From assembly GCA_963822445.1 (NCBI GenBank), contig CAWGHO010000002.1, positions 480,001 to 544,000 on the forward strand: a stretch of DNA of 64,000 nt. Direction: 5' to 3'. This document shows positions 10,276-18,960 of this stretch, in pieces (positions within the stretch are counted from its first letter, which is position 1; each line of letters opens with the position of its first letter). The notes under the pieces are model-generated. The model was not told the DNA's origin and searched no databases. It was given only the letters and a program-made list of their open reading frames with translations. The translations under genes and the position numbers were made by a program. Source of the stretch: an uncultured Acidobacteriota bacterium. GTDB lineage: Bacteria; Acidobacteriota; Thermoanaerobaculia; Gp7-AA8.

Positions 10276-10824
10276 CTAAGCACCGTCTCGTGGGCGGTTC
10301 CTGCCTTTTCGCCAGGCAACCGAACCGATCGACACGAAGCATGCAAAAGAAAACAAAATCACAAAACCGGCGGCAAACCATCGAGTTGGGTCGGTAAAAA
10401 GCTTCCACAACCCAACGCCTGTGAAGAACGCAGAGATCAGCGCAAGGCACGCGACCCAGAGCCAGCCCAACGCTCTTGCCTGCGCTTCCGTCGCATCGCT
10501 CCATTTCATGTTCGATACGGCGGGTGGAAGGCCACGCACTCGCCTCCGGACGCGAAACTCGAACCAGAGGGCATACAGGAGCAGAAGCACAATCGCCGCA
10601 AACACAGCGGCCTGGATGCTTTGGCGACGGGCGACCACTAATGAAATGACGGTGAAGACAAGCACTACGACATAGGACACCTTTAGATCACGCCGCAGAT
10701 CCGACTCGAACGTCGGGTCGGGCAGAACGTAGCCTCGCCCCAAAACGCCGTACGGATAAAAGGCCGTCGAACCATCCGGTTGACGCTTGAAGGAAGGGTC
10801 GGTCAGGGCATCGAGATAGCTCAT
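10276..10824 (-). CDS. Hypothetical membrane protein
   Basis: 182-aa ORF, GGAG RBS, four hydrophobic segments. Confidence 0.7.
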   Translation of the reverse strand: MSYLDALTDPSFKRQPDGSTAFYPYGVLGRGYVLPDPTFESDLRRDLKVSYVVVLVFTVISLVVARRQSIQAAVFAAIVLLLLYALWFEFRVRRRVRGLPPAVSNMKWSDATEAQARALGWLWVACLALISAFFTGVGLWKLFTDPTRWFAAGFVILFSFACFVSIGSVAWRKGRNRPRDGA

Positions 10825-10848
10825 CCCAACTCCAGGTTCGCGCCGGCG

Positions 10849-11499
10849 TCAGGATGCTGGCTTGTTTCGGTGCCAACGGCCTGCAAACGGCAGATCCCAC
10901 AGACTTCTGAGCGGAATGTTCAGGTACGAGCACGTGTCCCGGAGGAGTGGCCAGCCAAAGCCGAACACAATCGACCAGTACACGACGTCGAATAGTAATC
11001 TCAGCACCGCTGCAATGAGGGCAGCGCTGAAGAACGACCATGAGCTCGTGTCCAGGTCGGCCAGCCGGTCCCGGAAAGCGAACAGCCCGACATTTGTGGC
11101 GATTCCGGTGACGGCCCTCACCGCAGCTGGAACGACGTTCCATAGCCGCAGCGTGAGCTCCAGCACAACGAAACGAACAATCAGAAGCAGGACCCGCTGG
11201 CCCTCCACTACCGGAGACGCCAACGTTTGCAACGTCACCTCTCCTGCGGTCGCAGCCCGAACCTCGGCATGCTTCTGCTGAATTTCGAGCTCGAGCTTCC
11301 GCGATTCCAGCGTGGTCTTTCGGAGGATGTTGAACGTAAGGATGAGCCCAAGCAGCGCCGCCGGTATCGCGAGGACACCTGTTGCCACCTTGTACCAGAC
11401 CTCTCCCGCCTTCGCGTTCGCCGCTGCCCCGTCCTGAGCGATCGCGTCACTTGCGAAGATGCAGATGACCACCGCGCACGTCAAAACCGTCCGTCGCAC
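10849..11499 (-). CDS. Hypothetical membrane protein with signal peptide
   Basis: GTG start after GGAGG, AIA-Q cleavage site, several TM segments. Confidence 0.7.
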   Translation of the reverse strand: MRRTVLTCAVVICIFASDAIAQDGAAANAKAGEVWYKVATGVLAIPAALLGLILTFNILRKTTLESRKLELEIQQKHAEVRAATAGEVTLQTLASPVVEGQRVLLLIVRFVVLELTLRLWNVVPAAVRAVTGIATNVGLFAFRDRLADLDTSSWSFFSAALIAAVLRLLFDVVYWSIVFGFGWPLLRDTCSYLNIPLRSLWDLPFAGRWHRNKPAS

Positions 11500-11583
11500 C
11501 GTGAGACCTCCATTGCTGATGTGCTCGGAATTGTACGCGGATCGGCCTGAGGGCTTCAGCGTCACGACGTAGCCAGGGTCTCG

Positions 11584-12081
11584 CTACTGAATCTTCTTGT
11601 CTTCCCGTTTGGCGTCTTCCATGGCCTCAGGCTCGAGCTCTTCCGCCGCTCGATTCAGCCTGATGAATACGCCCCAGGCCGCCAATAATGCCGCCGTTGC
11701 CAACCCGATTGAAGACGCGCTCCACAGCATCCGCGGGTCTCCTTCGAGGAAGCGCACGACGGCAACGAGATATTTGATCGACAGTGCAACCACAACCACG
11801 ACGAGGAAACGCGAAAGGTAGCGGCGTACGCGCGTCGGGGCGCTGACTTGCGAGCGACGGACGACTTCCTCCTCCATCACCGTCTGCGCAATCTCGAGAG
11901 CAACAAGGGCGATCGCAAGAATCCCGATGCTCTCGATGACCTGGGATACGTGTGTTGGCGAGTGGGCCACAGCCTCCCAAAGCGTCACGACAGCGCGGAC
12001 GACGAGCACCACGGCTGCCGCGCCGAAGAAGAAGGCGATGGCCGAGTAGATCAACGTGAACACGCGCATGATCCAGGTCAT
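11584..12081 (-). CDS. Four-TM membrane protein (PsiE-like)
   Basis: IESIG...ALEIAQTVMEEEV...RR.LSRFLVVVVVALSI pattern. Confidence 0.7.
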   Translation of the reverse strand: MTWIMRVFTLIYSAIAFFFGAAAVVLVVRAVVTLWEAVAHSPTHVSQVIESIGILAIALVALEIAQTVMEEEVVRRSQVSAPTRVRRYLSRFLVVVVVALSIKYLVAVVRFLEGDPRMLWSASSIGLATAALLAAWGVFIRLNRAAEELEPEAMEDAKREDKKIQ

Positions 12082-12099
12082 GACTCCGTTATACATCAG

Positions 12100-12304
12100 G
12101 AGTTAGAAGCCGGGCGCGTCAGCGGCGAGCGGCCCGCCCACGGGTGCTGGCGATTTGGGCGGGCCACGCTCACAAGCGATGGAATAGCACGACACAACTT
12201 CGTGTACACCGGCCCAAGTCGAAGAGTACGTGCCCCGCCCCCGAGAAGTGAATGAAGACCTCGCGCGAGCAATCGTGCGCAAGGTATGCAAGGACCGAAC
12301 ATGA
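12100..12304 (+). pseudogene. hicA: Degenerate HicA toxin
   Basis: HicA-like fragments in different frames (AHGCW; EYVPRPREVNEDLARAIVRK*). The stop overlaps the hicB ATG (ATGA). No intact start, and the left boundary is approximate. Confidence 0.55.
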
Positions 12305-12714
12305 GATTTGAGGGCAGAGTAGTGCGTGATGGCCGGTGGTGGCTGGCTGAGATTCCGCTTCTCGATGCAAGAACTCAAGGCCATACACGACGCGAGGCCT
12401 TTGAAATGATCAAGGACTGGGTGGAGACAGCGATCAATCGCCCCGAGTTTTGCGCGACCGTACACCCGCAAGGACGCAAGGAGTTTGAACTCGAAGGGTC
12501 TGATGCTGCTGCAATGATTGCGCTTCTCTTGCGTCGGCGGCGCGAGGCAAGCGGCGCATCCCTGCGAGATATGGCGACGCGACTCGGCTTGAACTCTCGC
12601 AATTCGTACGCTCGTTACGAACGTGGCGAAGCTGTGCCGACTGTTGAGAAGCTCGACGCGCTGCTCCGAGCTACCTCGCCGGGCGGGGATTTCGTTATCC
12701 GAGAGATTCGGTAA
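12301..12714 (+). CDS. hicB: HicB-family antitoxin with C-terminal XRE HTH
   Basis: WWLAEIPLLDARTQGHTRREAFEMIKD HicB fold followed by the HTH SLRDMATRLG..YARYERG..P. Confidence 0.8.
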   Translation: MRFEGRVVRDGRWWLAEIPLLDARTQGHTRREAFEMIKDWVETAINRPEFCATVHPQGRKEFELEGSDAAAMIALLLRRRREASGASLRDMATRLGLNSRNSYARYERGEAVPTVEKLDALLRATSPGGDFVIREIR

Positions 12715-12846
12715 GCAGCGTGTCAGCGGTACGGGCGTCTCCGTGATTCCCTTCAGGTTGGCGACACGGCAGTCACTCCGAGTAGGAAGTCCGCCGCGAG
12801 GCAATCTCGCCGATGGCTTTCGACACGCACCGCGCGATCTCGGTCT

Positions 12847-13044
12847 GCCTAACGTCTATCGCCTAAGCTGCACGGCCAGGGCCCGCGTGCCGAAGCCACA
12901 GCGGCGCACCGGTTGCCGCGAATGACGTTCGAAGAACCGAGTCGCGATATGCAACCGGCGTGACGCCGCCCCGCTGGCGATGCTGTACGCGGCTCGGCCG
13001 CCGGACCGGGGCCGGGCCGTGCCAGCTTCTGGCAGTAGTTGGGC
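12847..13044 (-). repeat. attC-like recombination site, 198 bp (copy 2, divergent)
   Basis: GCCTAAC...GTTGGGC. Same length as copies 1 and 3, with compensatory stem changes. Confidence 0.85.
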
Positions 13045-13049
13045 AGCGG

Positions 13050-13280
13050 TTACTTAACTGCGAGTTCGTGCAGCAACTGCTCGATGTTTTCTGGTACGGA
13101 GACGGGCACGAACCACGAACGAGGGTACAGATAATCTTCCCCCGATTCGTCGATTACGCGCACATAGTTTCGCTGGGCAGCACTGGAATCTTCGAGTACT
13201 TCGTAGACCTTGCGCAGGTGAAGCGTGCCAGCGTATTCGCCGTTCTGAATGCAGATTGCGAAGTGCGTCGTTTGACTCAT
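13050..13280 (-). CDS. Small conserved protein, putative antitoxin/immunity (cassette gene)
   Basis: 76 aa with RVIDESGEDYLYP. ATGA-coupled to the upstream gene, stop 5 bp before the attC core. Confidence 0.8.
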   Translation of the reverse strand: MSQTTHFAICIQNGEYAGTLHLRKVYEVLEDSSAAQRNYVRVIDESGEDYLYPRSWFVPVSVPENIEQLLHELAVK

Positions 13281-13531
13281 CGGACTTGATCGAAAAAGCG
13301 CTTGATCTTCACCCATCGCTTACCGATGCCGTCGGCTTCGTACCAGTGGATCTCAGCTTCGTGCATCGTACCATCCTCGAGCCGAACGATTGCGAGGCCT
13401 TTCAGCTTTCGCCAGTCACCGAGACCGAAGTGTTCTTCCAGATACACCAAGTCGCGGATTCCCTCGCCGCTGGCGATCGTTTCGGCTCGGCGAATCGGCC
13501 CAACGATTTCGAACGACTCCCACACATCCAC
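13277..13531 (-). CDS. Small conserved protein, putative toxin (cassette gene)
   Basis: 84 aa with WRKLKG and AEIHWYEADGIG motifs. Confidence 0.8.
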   Translation of the reverse strand: MDVWESFEIVGPIRRAETIASGEGIRDLVYLEEHFGLGDWRKLKGLAIVRLEDGTMHEAEIHWYEADGIGKRWVKIKRFFDQVR

Positions 13532-13683
13532 GAAGCCAAGGCTAGCACACGCCTCATGACGTGAGTTGATAAGCGCCGCTCACGGAGACATTATGCGTCC
13601 CATGCATCGATGAGTCGCAGTCTAGATCTTCTTGCTGGCACGGGGAAAAGCTGGCCTCCAGCCGTTACACGAGGCTTACGTCT

Positions 13684-13881
13684 GCCCAACGTCTATCGCC
13701 TGAGCTGCGCGGCCAGGGCCCGCGTGCCGAAGCCGGAGCGGCGTGGCGGTTGCCGCGAGCAACGTGCAAAGCACCGCGCCGCGAACTGCAACCGCCGTGA
13801 CGCCGTCAAGCTGGCGAAAAAGCAGCCGGCTCGGCCGGCGGACCGAAGCCGGGCCGCGACAGCTCCTGGCAGTAGTTAGCC
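13684..13881 (-). repeat. attC-like recombination site, 198 bp (copy 3)
   Basis: GCCCAAC...GTTAGCC. The TAA stop of the preceding minus-strand gene lies inside the core. Confidence 0.88.
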
Positions 13882-14775
13882 GGCACGGAGCCGTACGCGA
13901 ACGAGAATGTTGCGTTCCACGCGCTGATGCGCAAGCCACGCGAATATTTGCTGAACCGGTGAACGAGGCGCAGGTGAGCGAAGATATACCCTTAGTCGAT
14001 AGACGCCAGGAGCAAGACTATTGGTATCGAACCAAGTTACGTAAGTTCCCGCTTCTTCAGTGTGAAATTTCGCAGGAGCGGATCTCCATGTCGATCGGGG
14101 CGCTACTTGAATGAACTGCGCGCTGAGATGATCGTGGTTTGTGATTCTGCCCGACAAATGCGCACGCACTTCAAGGGAGTCTGGGCCGCTGACCATCGTG
14201 GCAGAAGGCGTAACGTCAAACTTGTACAGAGAATGCACGTAAGTGTGGCCAACGGCCGTCATGGCGACAAAGATCATGACGCTTCGTTGCCATCCAAAGT
14301 AGTTCGTCGGGTCAAAGTGCGCCGAGATCTGCCAGAGCTGGTTCGGAAGAAAGCGTCGAAAAAGTATGAGCAGTACGACAGCCGCGACCGTGCCGGTGAT
14401 GCCGCCGCCGATATTTCCCATCCTGGGGATGAGGTACAGCACAGATGTAACGCCAACCAGAAAGGGAGCAGTCCACAGCAGGAGCCATCTGACCAGGAAC
14501 CAAAGTGCCAGATCTTGCATGAACATGGCGAATCCGGGCCAAAACCCCTCGTCGATGCCACTGGCGGTCGAAACCAGGCGGCCCGTCGCCGCCAACGCGA
14601 GGGCCAAGGCTATCGTTGAAAGGAAGATGACAAGTACAGATAGCACGTGCGCGGTAAAGACGAGTTCGGAACCCGGACTCACGATGCGCGTCAACGCCGC
14701 ACCGGCCGCAAAGGCAAGTGCCGCCACGGTGCCGGAGAGTGAGGCCAGCGTTCCTGCCTCGAGTTGTCGGTTCAT
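13876..14775 (-). CDS. Hypothetical multi-TM protein with C-terminal beta-rich domain (cassette gene)
   Basis: 299 aa. Bounded by the exact complementary cores GTTAGCCGG (13875) and CCGGCTAAC (14816-14824). Confidence 0.75.
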   Translation of the reverse strand: MNRQLEAGTLASLSGTVAALAFAAGAALTRIVSPGSELVFTAHVLSVLVIFLSTIALALALAATGRLVSTASGIDEGFWPGFAMFMQDLALWFLVRWLLLWTAPFLVGVTSVLYLIPRMGNIGGGITGTVAAVVLLILFRRFLPNQLWQISAHFDPTNYFGWQRSVMIFVAMTAVGHTYVHSLYKFDVTPSATMVSGPDSLEVRAHLSGRITNHDHLSAQFIQVAPRSTWRSAPAKFHTEEAGTYVTWFDTNSLAPGVYRLRVYLRSPAPRSPVQQIFAWLAHQRVERNILVRVRLRAG

Positions 14776-14817
14776 GTCCCGAGCATAACAAGAGACCGCC
14801 CGATCACGTGGGTGTCC

Positions 14818-14836
14818 GGCTAACTAATATTTACAC
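14818..14836 (-). other. attI-like simple site heading array B
   Basis: Minus strand reads GTGTAAA-TATTA-GTTAGCC, the same geometry as 1856-1874. Confidence 0.5.
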
Positions 14837-14887
14837 TTCTCCCCCTCTTTTCACCTGAATCCCACCCCCTCCCGCCATTGCGCCGCC

Positions 14888-14923
14888 CAAAACAAAAAGG
14901 CGGAGCCTCGCGGCTCCGCCTTT
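14888..14923 (-). terminator. Rho-independent terminator of the M6 protease gene
   Basis: AAAGGCGGAGCC-GCGA-GGCTCCGCCTTT hairpin followed by a T-rich tail on the minus strand. Confidence 0.85.
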
Positions 14924-14946
14924 CCTTTACAGCGTTGTAATGCCAG

Positions 14947-17460
14947 CTAGTTCGCGTTCACCTGCAGGTGCATGAACGAATCGTGCGCGCTGGTGGAGAT
15001 CACGCGGATCGTCGTGCCGGTCTTGGGGACGATGACGCTCGAGGTCGGGATGGTGGCATCCCAGTAATTGAGCAGGTCATTGAAGAACGGCTCCGCGGCC
15101 TTGGACGGAACTTCGATCTCGAACTGCACGCGGCGGTTCGGGGTGCCGGCCGGGCTGCCCGGGAGCGGCGGCAGGTTGCCGACGAACGGGAAGACCACGG
15201 TGTCGGTCGGATCGATGCCGAACGTCGCATCGAAGACCTGCAGGGTCGGGGTCCAGGCCGAGAAGTTCCAGAAGCGATCCGTGCCCGGCTCGTTGACGCC
15301 GAGACGCGTCATTGCGACCGAACGCGCGTCGACAGGAAGCGCGAAACCTTCGCCCGGGTGCGCGGACGTGTTGTTGTTCGTCCAGTCGTCATCAGCGTAG
15401 GTGACGAGCAGGCCGTCCTGGTACGGATAGTGGCCGACCTTGCCGCTCAGGTAGCTGGTGCCCGAGTACGGTCCGGTCTGCAGACCCGTGTCGTAACCGC
15501 GGTACTGGCGGAACTCGGCGATGTAGTAGTGCTGCTTGTTCGTGATGCGCTTGCCTTCCGACTGCGTGAACTTGTTCAGCGTCCACCCATTCGGCGAAAC
15601 CTCGGCGTCATCCGAGAACGAGCCGACAGTGATGTTGTCGACCACAACGCCCCAGGAGAAGGTGAAGGCGTCAGTCTTGTACATGATGCGCAGCAGGACC
15701 GTCTGACCGGCATAGGCCGACAGGTTGAAGGAAACGTTGCGCCAGGTGTTGCTGGCCCCGGTGAAACCGTTGCCGAGGTTCTGTCCGTTCGCGTTGGTGG
15801 TCGTGGTCAGGCCCGCGCTGGCGAGGTTCGTCCACGACGTGCCGCCGTTGGTCGAGATCGAGACGTAGCCGTAATCCCAGTTCGCCTCGGTATTGAACGC
15901 CAGGCGCATGCTCAGGGTCGGGCTCACCGTCGGGACGTCGATCGAGCGGATCATCGTCGCCTCGTGGTTGTTGCCCGTGCCGCTGAACCAGACCTTGCCG
16001 GTCGCGGCAGCCTGGGTCAGCGCGGGGTAATCAAACGACACGTTCTGATTCGCCGGAAGCGGGATGACCACGGCCTGCGCGGCCTTGGTGGTGTTCTCCG
16101 CCGGTCCGACTTTGTGCATCGAGAACTTGCCGTGGTCGGCCAGGTCGTAGGCCAGCCAGCCCAGCTGGAGCTTGTCCCAGCCACTCATGTCGCCCGGGCG
16201 CGTGCCGATGTCTTCGCCGCCTTCGCCGAGGTAAGAACCGCTGGACATGATGGTCCAGAAGCCGGTGCCGTTCGTGCCGGCGTTGCTCGTGTCGTAATGA
16301 TCCGGAAGGCCGAGGTCATGGCCGTACTCGTGCGCGAAGACGCCGAGGCCGCCGTTCTCCGGCTGGACGGTGTAGTCGCCGACCCAGATGCCGGTCGGGG
16401 TGACCGGGTAGCGGTTCTGCACCGCGGCCGCGTTCACGCTGGTGCTGTTGATGCCGCGCACGACGCCGCCGGTGGCACCGGACGTTCCGCCGTTCGGGTT
16501 CGCGCCCCAGCCGCCGCCGAACTGCACGCCGCCGTCCTTGTTGTAGGTCGGGCCGACGACGCCGCCGAAGTTGTACCAGGCCTGCCAGCGGTGCGACCAG
16601 ATCGCGTCGGCGCCGAGGATGCCGCCGCCGGTCTCTTCACCAGCGCCGGCGTGGACGATCTGGAAGTGATCGATGTAGCCGTCCGGCTCATTGAAGTTGC
16701 CGTCCTGGTCGTAGTCGTAGCGGTCCTGAACGTCGAAGGTCTTCAGGTAGTCGGCGACCTCGGCCGCCGTCTTGCCGGACGCGATCTCGTTCGCGGTCCA
16801 GGTGTTGATCGTGTCGGCGATCAGCGTCCACATCTGCGCATCGCCGACGAGGTTCGAGCCGTAGCGCGGACCGTTGAACGGCACTTTCACCCAGTGGGCC
16901 ACTTCGCCGTTGAACGTGTAGCGACCCGAGGACTGCGACTTGTAGTACTCAACCATCTTGTTGAAGTACATGTCGACGTAGTGCTCGCGGTTGTAGTCCG
17001 CCTGCCAGATGGTCGTGTTGTTCGTTTCACGGTTCGGCTGGGCGATGGTGTTGTGAAGCGGGCCGGGGATCTGGGAAAGGCCCGGGACGGCGGGATTGCT
17101 GCCGATGAAGCCGCCCTGCGTGCCGTATTCGACCAGCATCACGAAGATGCGGTCCGTGCGCTCGACCGGAAAATCGACGTACTGGCCGCGAGCGACCTCG
17201 TGCGTCTTTCCGCCCTGGTTCTGCCGAGTTGCGATGCGCTGGCTCACGGCCTGACGGCGGAGCTCGGCTTTCGCGTTCGCGTTCGGAGAGAAGAAGTTGT
17301 CGCTGCCGACGAGCTGCATGTCGCCGTCTTCGTTGGGGGCCAGCGACAGGCCGCCGCGATGGCCGGGAAGAGCAGGAGTTGCTTCCTCTTCTTCCTGGGC
17401 TGCCATGGGAAACGCCGCGAGCAGCACGGCGGTAAGGCACAACATGAGGGCTTTTTTCAA
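14947..17460 (-). CDS. Immune inhibitor A-like M6 metalloprotease, secreted
   Basis: TTG start after GGAGG, signal peptide, DGYIDHFQIVHAG, IWSHRW, HEYGHDLGLPD zinc motif, WTIMSSGS. Confidence 0.92.
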   Translation of the reverse strand: MKKALMLCLTAVLLAAFPMAAQEEEEATPALPGHRGGLSLAPNEDGDMQLVGSDNFFSPNANAKAELRRQAVSQRIATRQNQGGKTHEVARGQYVDFPVERTDRIFVMLVEYGTQGGFIGSNPAVPGLSQIPGPLHNTIAQPNRETNNTTIWQADYNREHYVDMYFNKMVEYYKSQSSGRYTFNGEVAHWVKVPFNGPRYGSNLVGDAQMWTLIADTINTWTANEIASGKTAAEVADYLKTFDVQDRYDYDQDGNFNEPDGYIDHFQIVHAGAGEETGGGILGADAIWSHRWQAWYNFGGVVGPTYNKDGGVQFGGGWGANPNGGTSGATGGVVRGINSTSVNAAAVQNRYPVTPTGIWVGDYTVQPENGGLGVFAHEYGHDLGLPDHYDTSNAGTNGTGFWTIMSSGSYLGEGGEDIGTRPGDMSGWDKLQLGWLAYDLADHGKFSMHKVGPAENTTKAAQAVVIPLPANQNVSFDYPALTQAAATGKVWFSGTGNNHEATMIRSIDVPTVSPTLSMRLAFNTEANWDYGYVSISTNGGTSWTNLASAGLTTTTNANGQNLGNGFTGASNTWRNVSFNLSAYAGQTVLLRIMYKTDAFTFSWGVVVDNITVGSFSDDAEVSPNGWTLNKFTQSEGKRITNKQHYYIAEFRQYRGYDTGLQTGPYSGTSYLSGKVGHYPYQDGLLVTYADDDWTNNNTSAHPGEGFALPVDARSVAMTRLGVNEPGTDRFWNFSAWTPTLQVFDATFGIDPTDTVVFPFVGNLPPLPGSPAGTPNRRVQFEIEVPSKAAEPFFNDLLNYWDATIPTSSVIVPKTGTTIRVISTSAHDSFMHLQVNAN

Positions 17461-17735
17461 ACGAGATCCTCCTGGTAAGTGTTGAGACAGCAGACCTTTA
17501 AGGCCGCGGCTGCGCCACGGCATGAACCGACTGCGAGGGTGAAGCGCCACCGCCTTGCCGCTACTGCGGTACAGCTCTCTCTGGTGCTGGAACTGATGTT
17601 TTTGGAAGGCCGCGAGAGTACGGGCGACCGCCTGACTTTGTCAACAGCTCGATCTTTTCTTGTGAGGGAACCGTCAAAAACTGGCACCGGGCGGACACAA
17701 TTCCACCTGTGAGGGAATCCTTACGGATGGCGGAT

Positions 17736-18941
17736 TCAACGCAGCTGGCGGGTCGCTTCGGCGATGCGGGCCACGCCTTCGCGGAGGCGATCCATCGACG
17801 TGGCGTAGCTGATCCGGATGAAGTTGTCCGCGCCAAAGGCCGCGCCAGGCACGACCGCAACCCGGGCCTCATCGAGGAGGAAGTTCGCGAAGCCCTGGGA
17901 GTCGGTGATTCCGCGGCGGCCGAAGAACTCGCTCACGTCGGGGAAGACGTAAAACGCGCCGTCGGGATCGGCGCAGCAGATACCGTCCACGGCCTCGAGC
18001 GCCGGTACGAGCCACGCGCGGCGCTCCGAGTACGCGTCGTACATCCGCTTCACATCCTCGTCGACGCCGTTCAAGGCCTCGACCGCGGCGAGCTGCGAGA
18101 TGGTGCTGGGGTTCGACGTCGAGTGGCTCTGGATCTTGCCGAGGGCGGTGATGATCTCGGGATGGCCGATGGCGTAGCCGAGACGCCAGCCGGTCATCGC
18201 GAACGTCTTCGACATCGAGTTCACGACCACGATCGTCTCCGGATAGCGCTCGAACCACTTGATCGCCGAGACATGCTCGTTGCCAGCGTAGACGAAGAGC
18301 TCGTAGGTCTCGTCGAAAACGAGGAAGGCGTCGCGCGATGCGCACCACTCGACGATGCCGGCCAGCTCCTGCTCGCGGATCACGGCGCCGGTCGGATTGC
18401 AGGGGGAGTTGAGAATCACGCCGCGGGTGCGATCGGTGGCCACTGCGCGAATGTCGTCCAGCGTCGGCCGGAAGTGATTTTCCGGCGTGGTGCTGGCGAA
18501 AACCGGAGTTCCCCCCGCGAACGCGACCTGGTCGGGGAAGCTGACCCAGTACGGCGACGGGATGATCACCTCGTCCCCTTCGCGCACCAGGGCCAGCATC
18601 AGGTTGAAGAGCTCCTGCTTGCCGCCGCTGCCGGCGATCACGTTTTCGAGGCCCAGCCGCGTGCCCCAGCGGCTGTTGTAGCGATTGGCGATTCCCTCGC
18701 GCAACGCTTTCGTTCCGCTGGCGTTCGTGTACTTGGTGAAGCCGCGATCGATGGCGCGCTTGCCGGCCTCGCCTACCGCCGTGGGCGTCGCGAAGTCAGG
18801 CTCGCCCGGTCCGAAGTCGACCACGTCGACGCCCTGGGCGATGAGCGACGTGGCCCGGTTGAGGACGGCCAGCGTCGGCGACTCCTGCATCGCGGAGACA
18901 CGATCCGAAAAGCGGATGCCGGCGCGGGCCGTGGTGGTCAT
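17736..18941 (-). CDS. aspC: PLP-dependent class I aminotransferase (aspartate aminotransferase-like)
   Basis: GEPDF, NSPCNPTG, DETY, SKTFAMTGWRLGY. Confidence 0.92.
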   Translation of the reverse strand: MTTTARAGIRFSDRVSAMQESPTLAVLNRATSLIAQGVDVVDFGPGEPDFATPTAVGEAGKRAIDRGFTKYTNASGTKALREGIANRYNSRWGTRLGLENVIAGSGGKQELFNLMLALVREGDEVIIPSPYWVSFPDQVAFAGGTPVFASTTPENHFRPTLDDIRAVATDRTRGVILNSPCNPTGAVIREQELAGIVEWCASRDAFLVFDETYELFVYAGNEHVSAIKWFERYPETIVVVNSMSKTFAMTGWRLGYAIGHPEIITALGKIQSHSTSNPSTISQLAAVEALNGVDEDVKRMYDAYSERRAWLVPALEAVDGICCADPDGAFYVFPDVSEFFGRRGITDSQGFANFLLDEARVAVVPGAAFGADNFIRISYATSMDRLREGVARIAEATRQLR

Positions 18942-18960
18942 CTGCTCGCCATTCTTATCA

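Noticed and set aside
10276-12081. Three co-oriented orphan membrane genes as additional cassettes
   Set aside because: The intergenic gaps are under 100 bp and contain no attC-like cores or stems.
934-13881. 198-bp repeats as a CRISPR array or IS/MITE
   Set aside because: They are far too long for CRISPR repeats, are separated by whole genes, and have no cas genes, transposase or target duplications nearby. The attC cores explain them better.
14968-17478. Long antisense ORFs (836 aa here, also 8316-9785, 17709-18992, 18685-20007, 33977-35725)
   Set aside because: They are shadow frames of real high-GC genes on the opposite strand and carry no motifs.
17461-17700. Riboswitch in the M6 protease leader
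   Set aside because: No recognisable conserved aptamer motif by eye. An Rfam scan would be needed.
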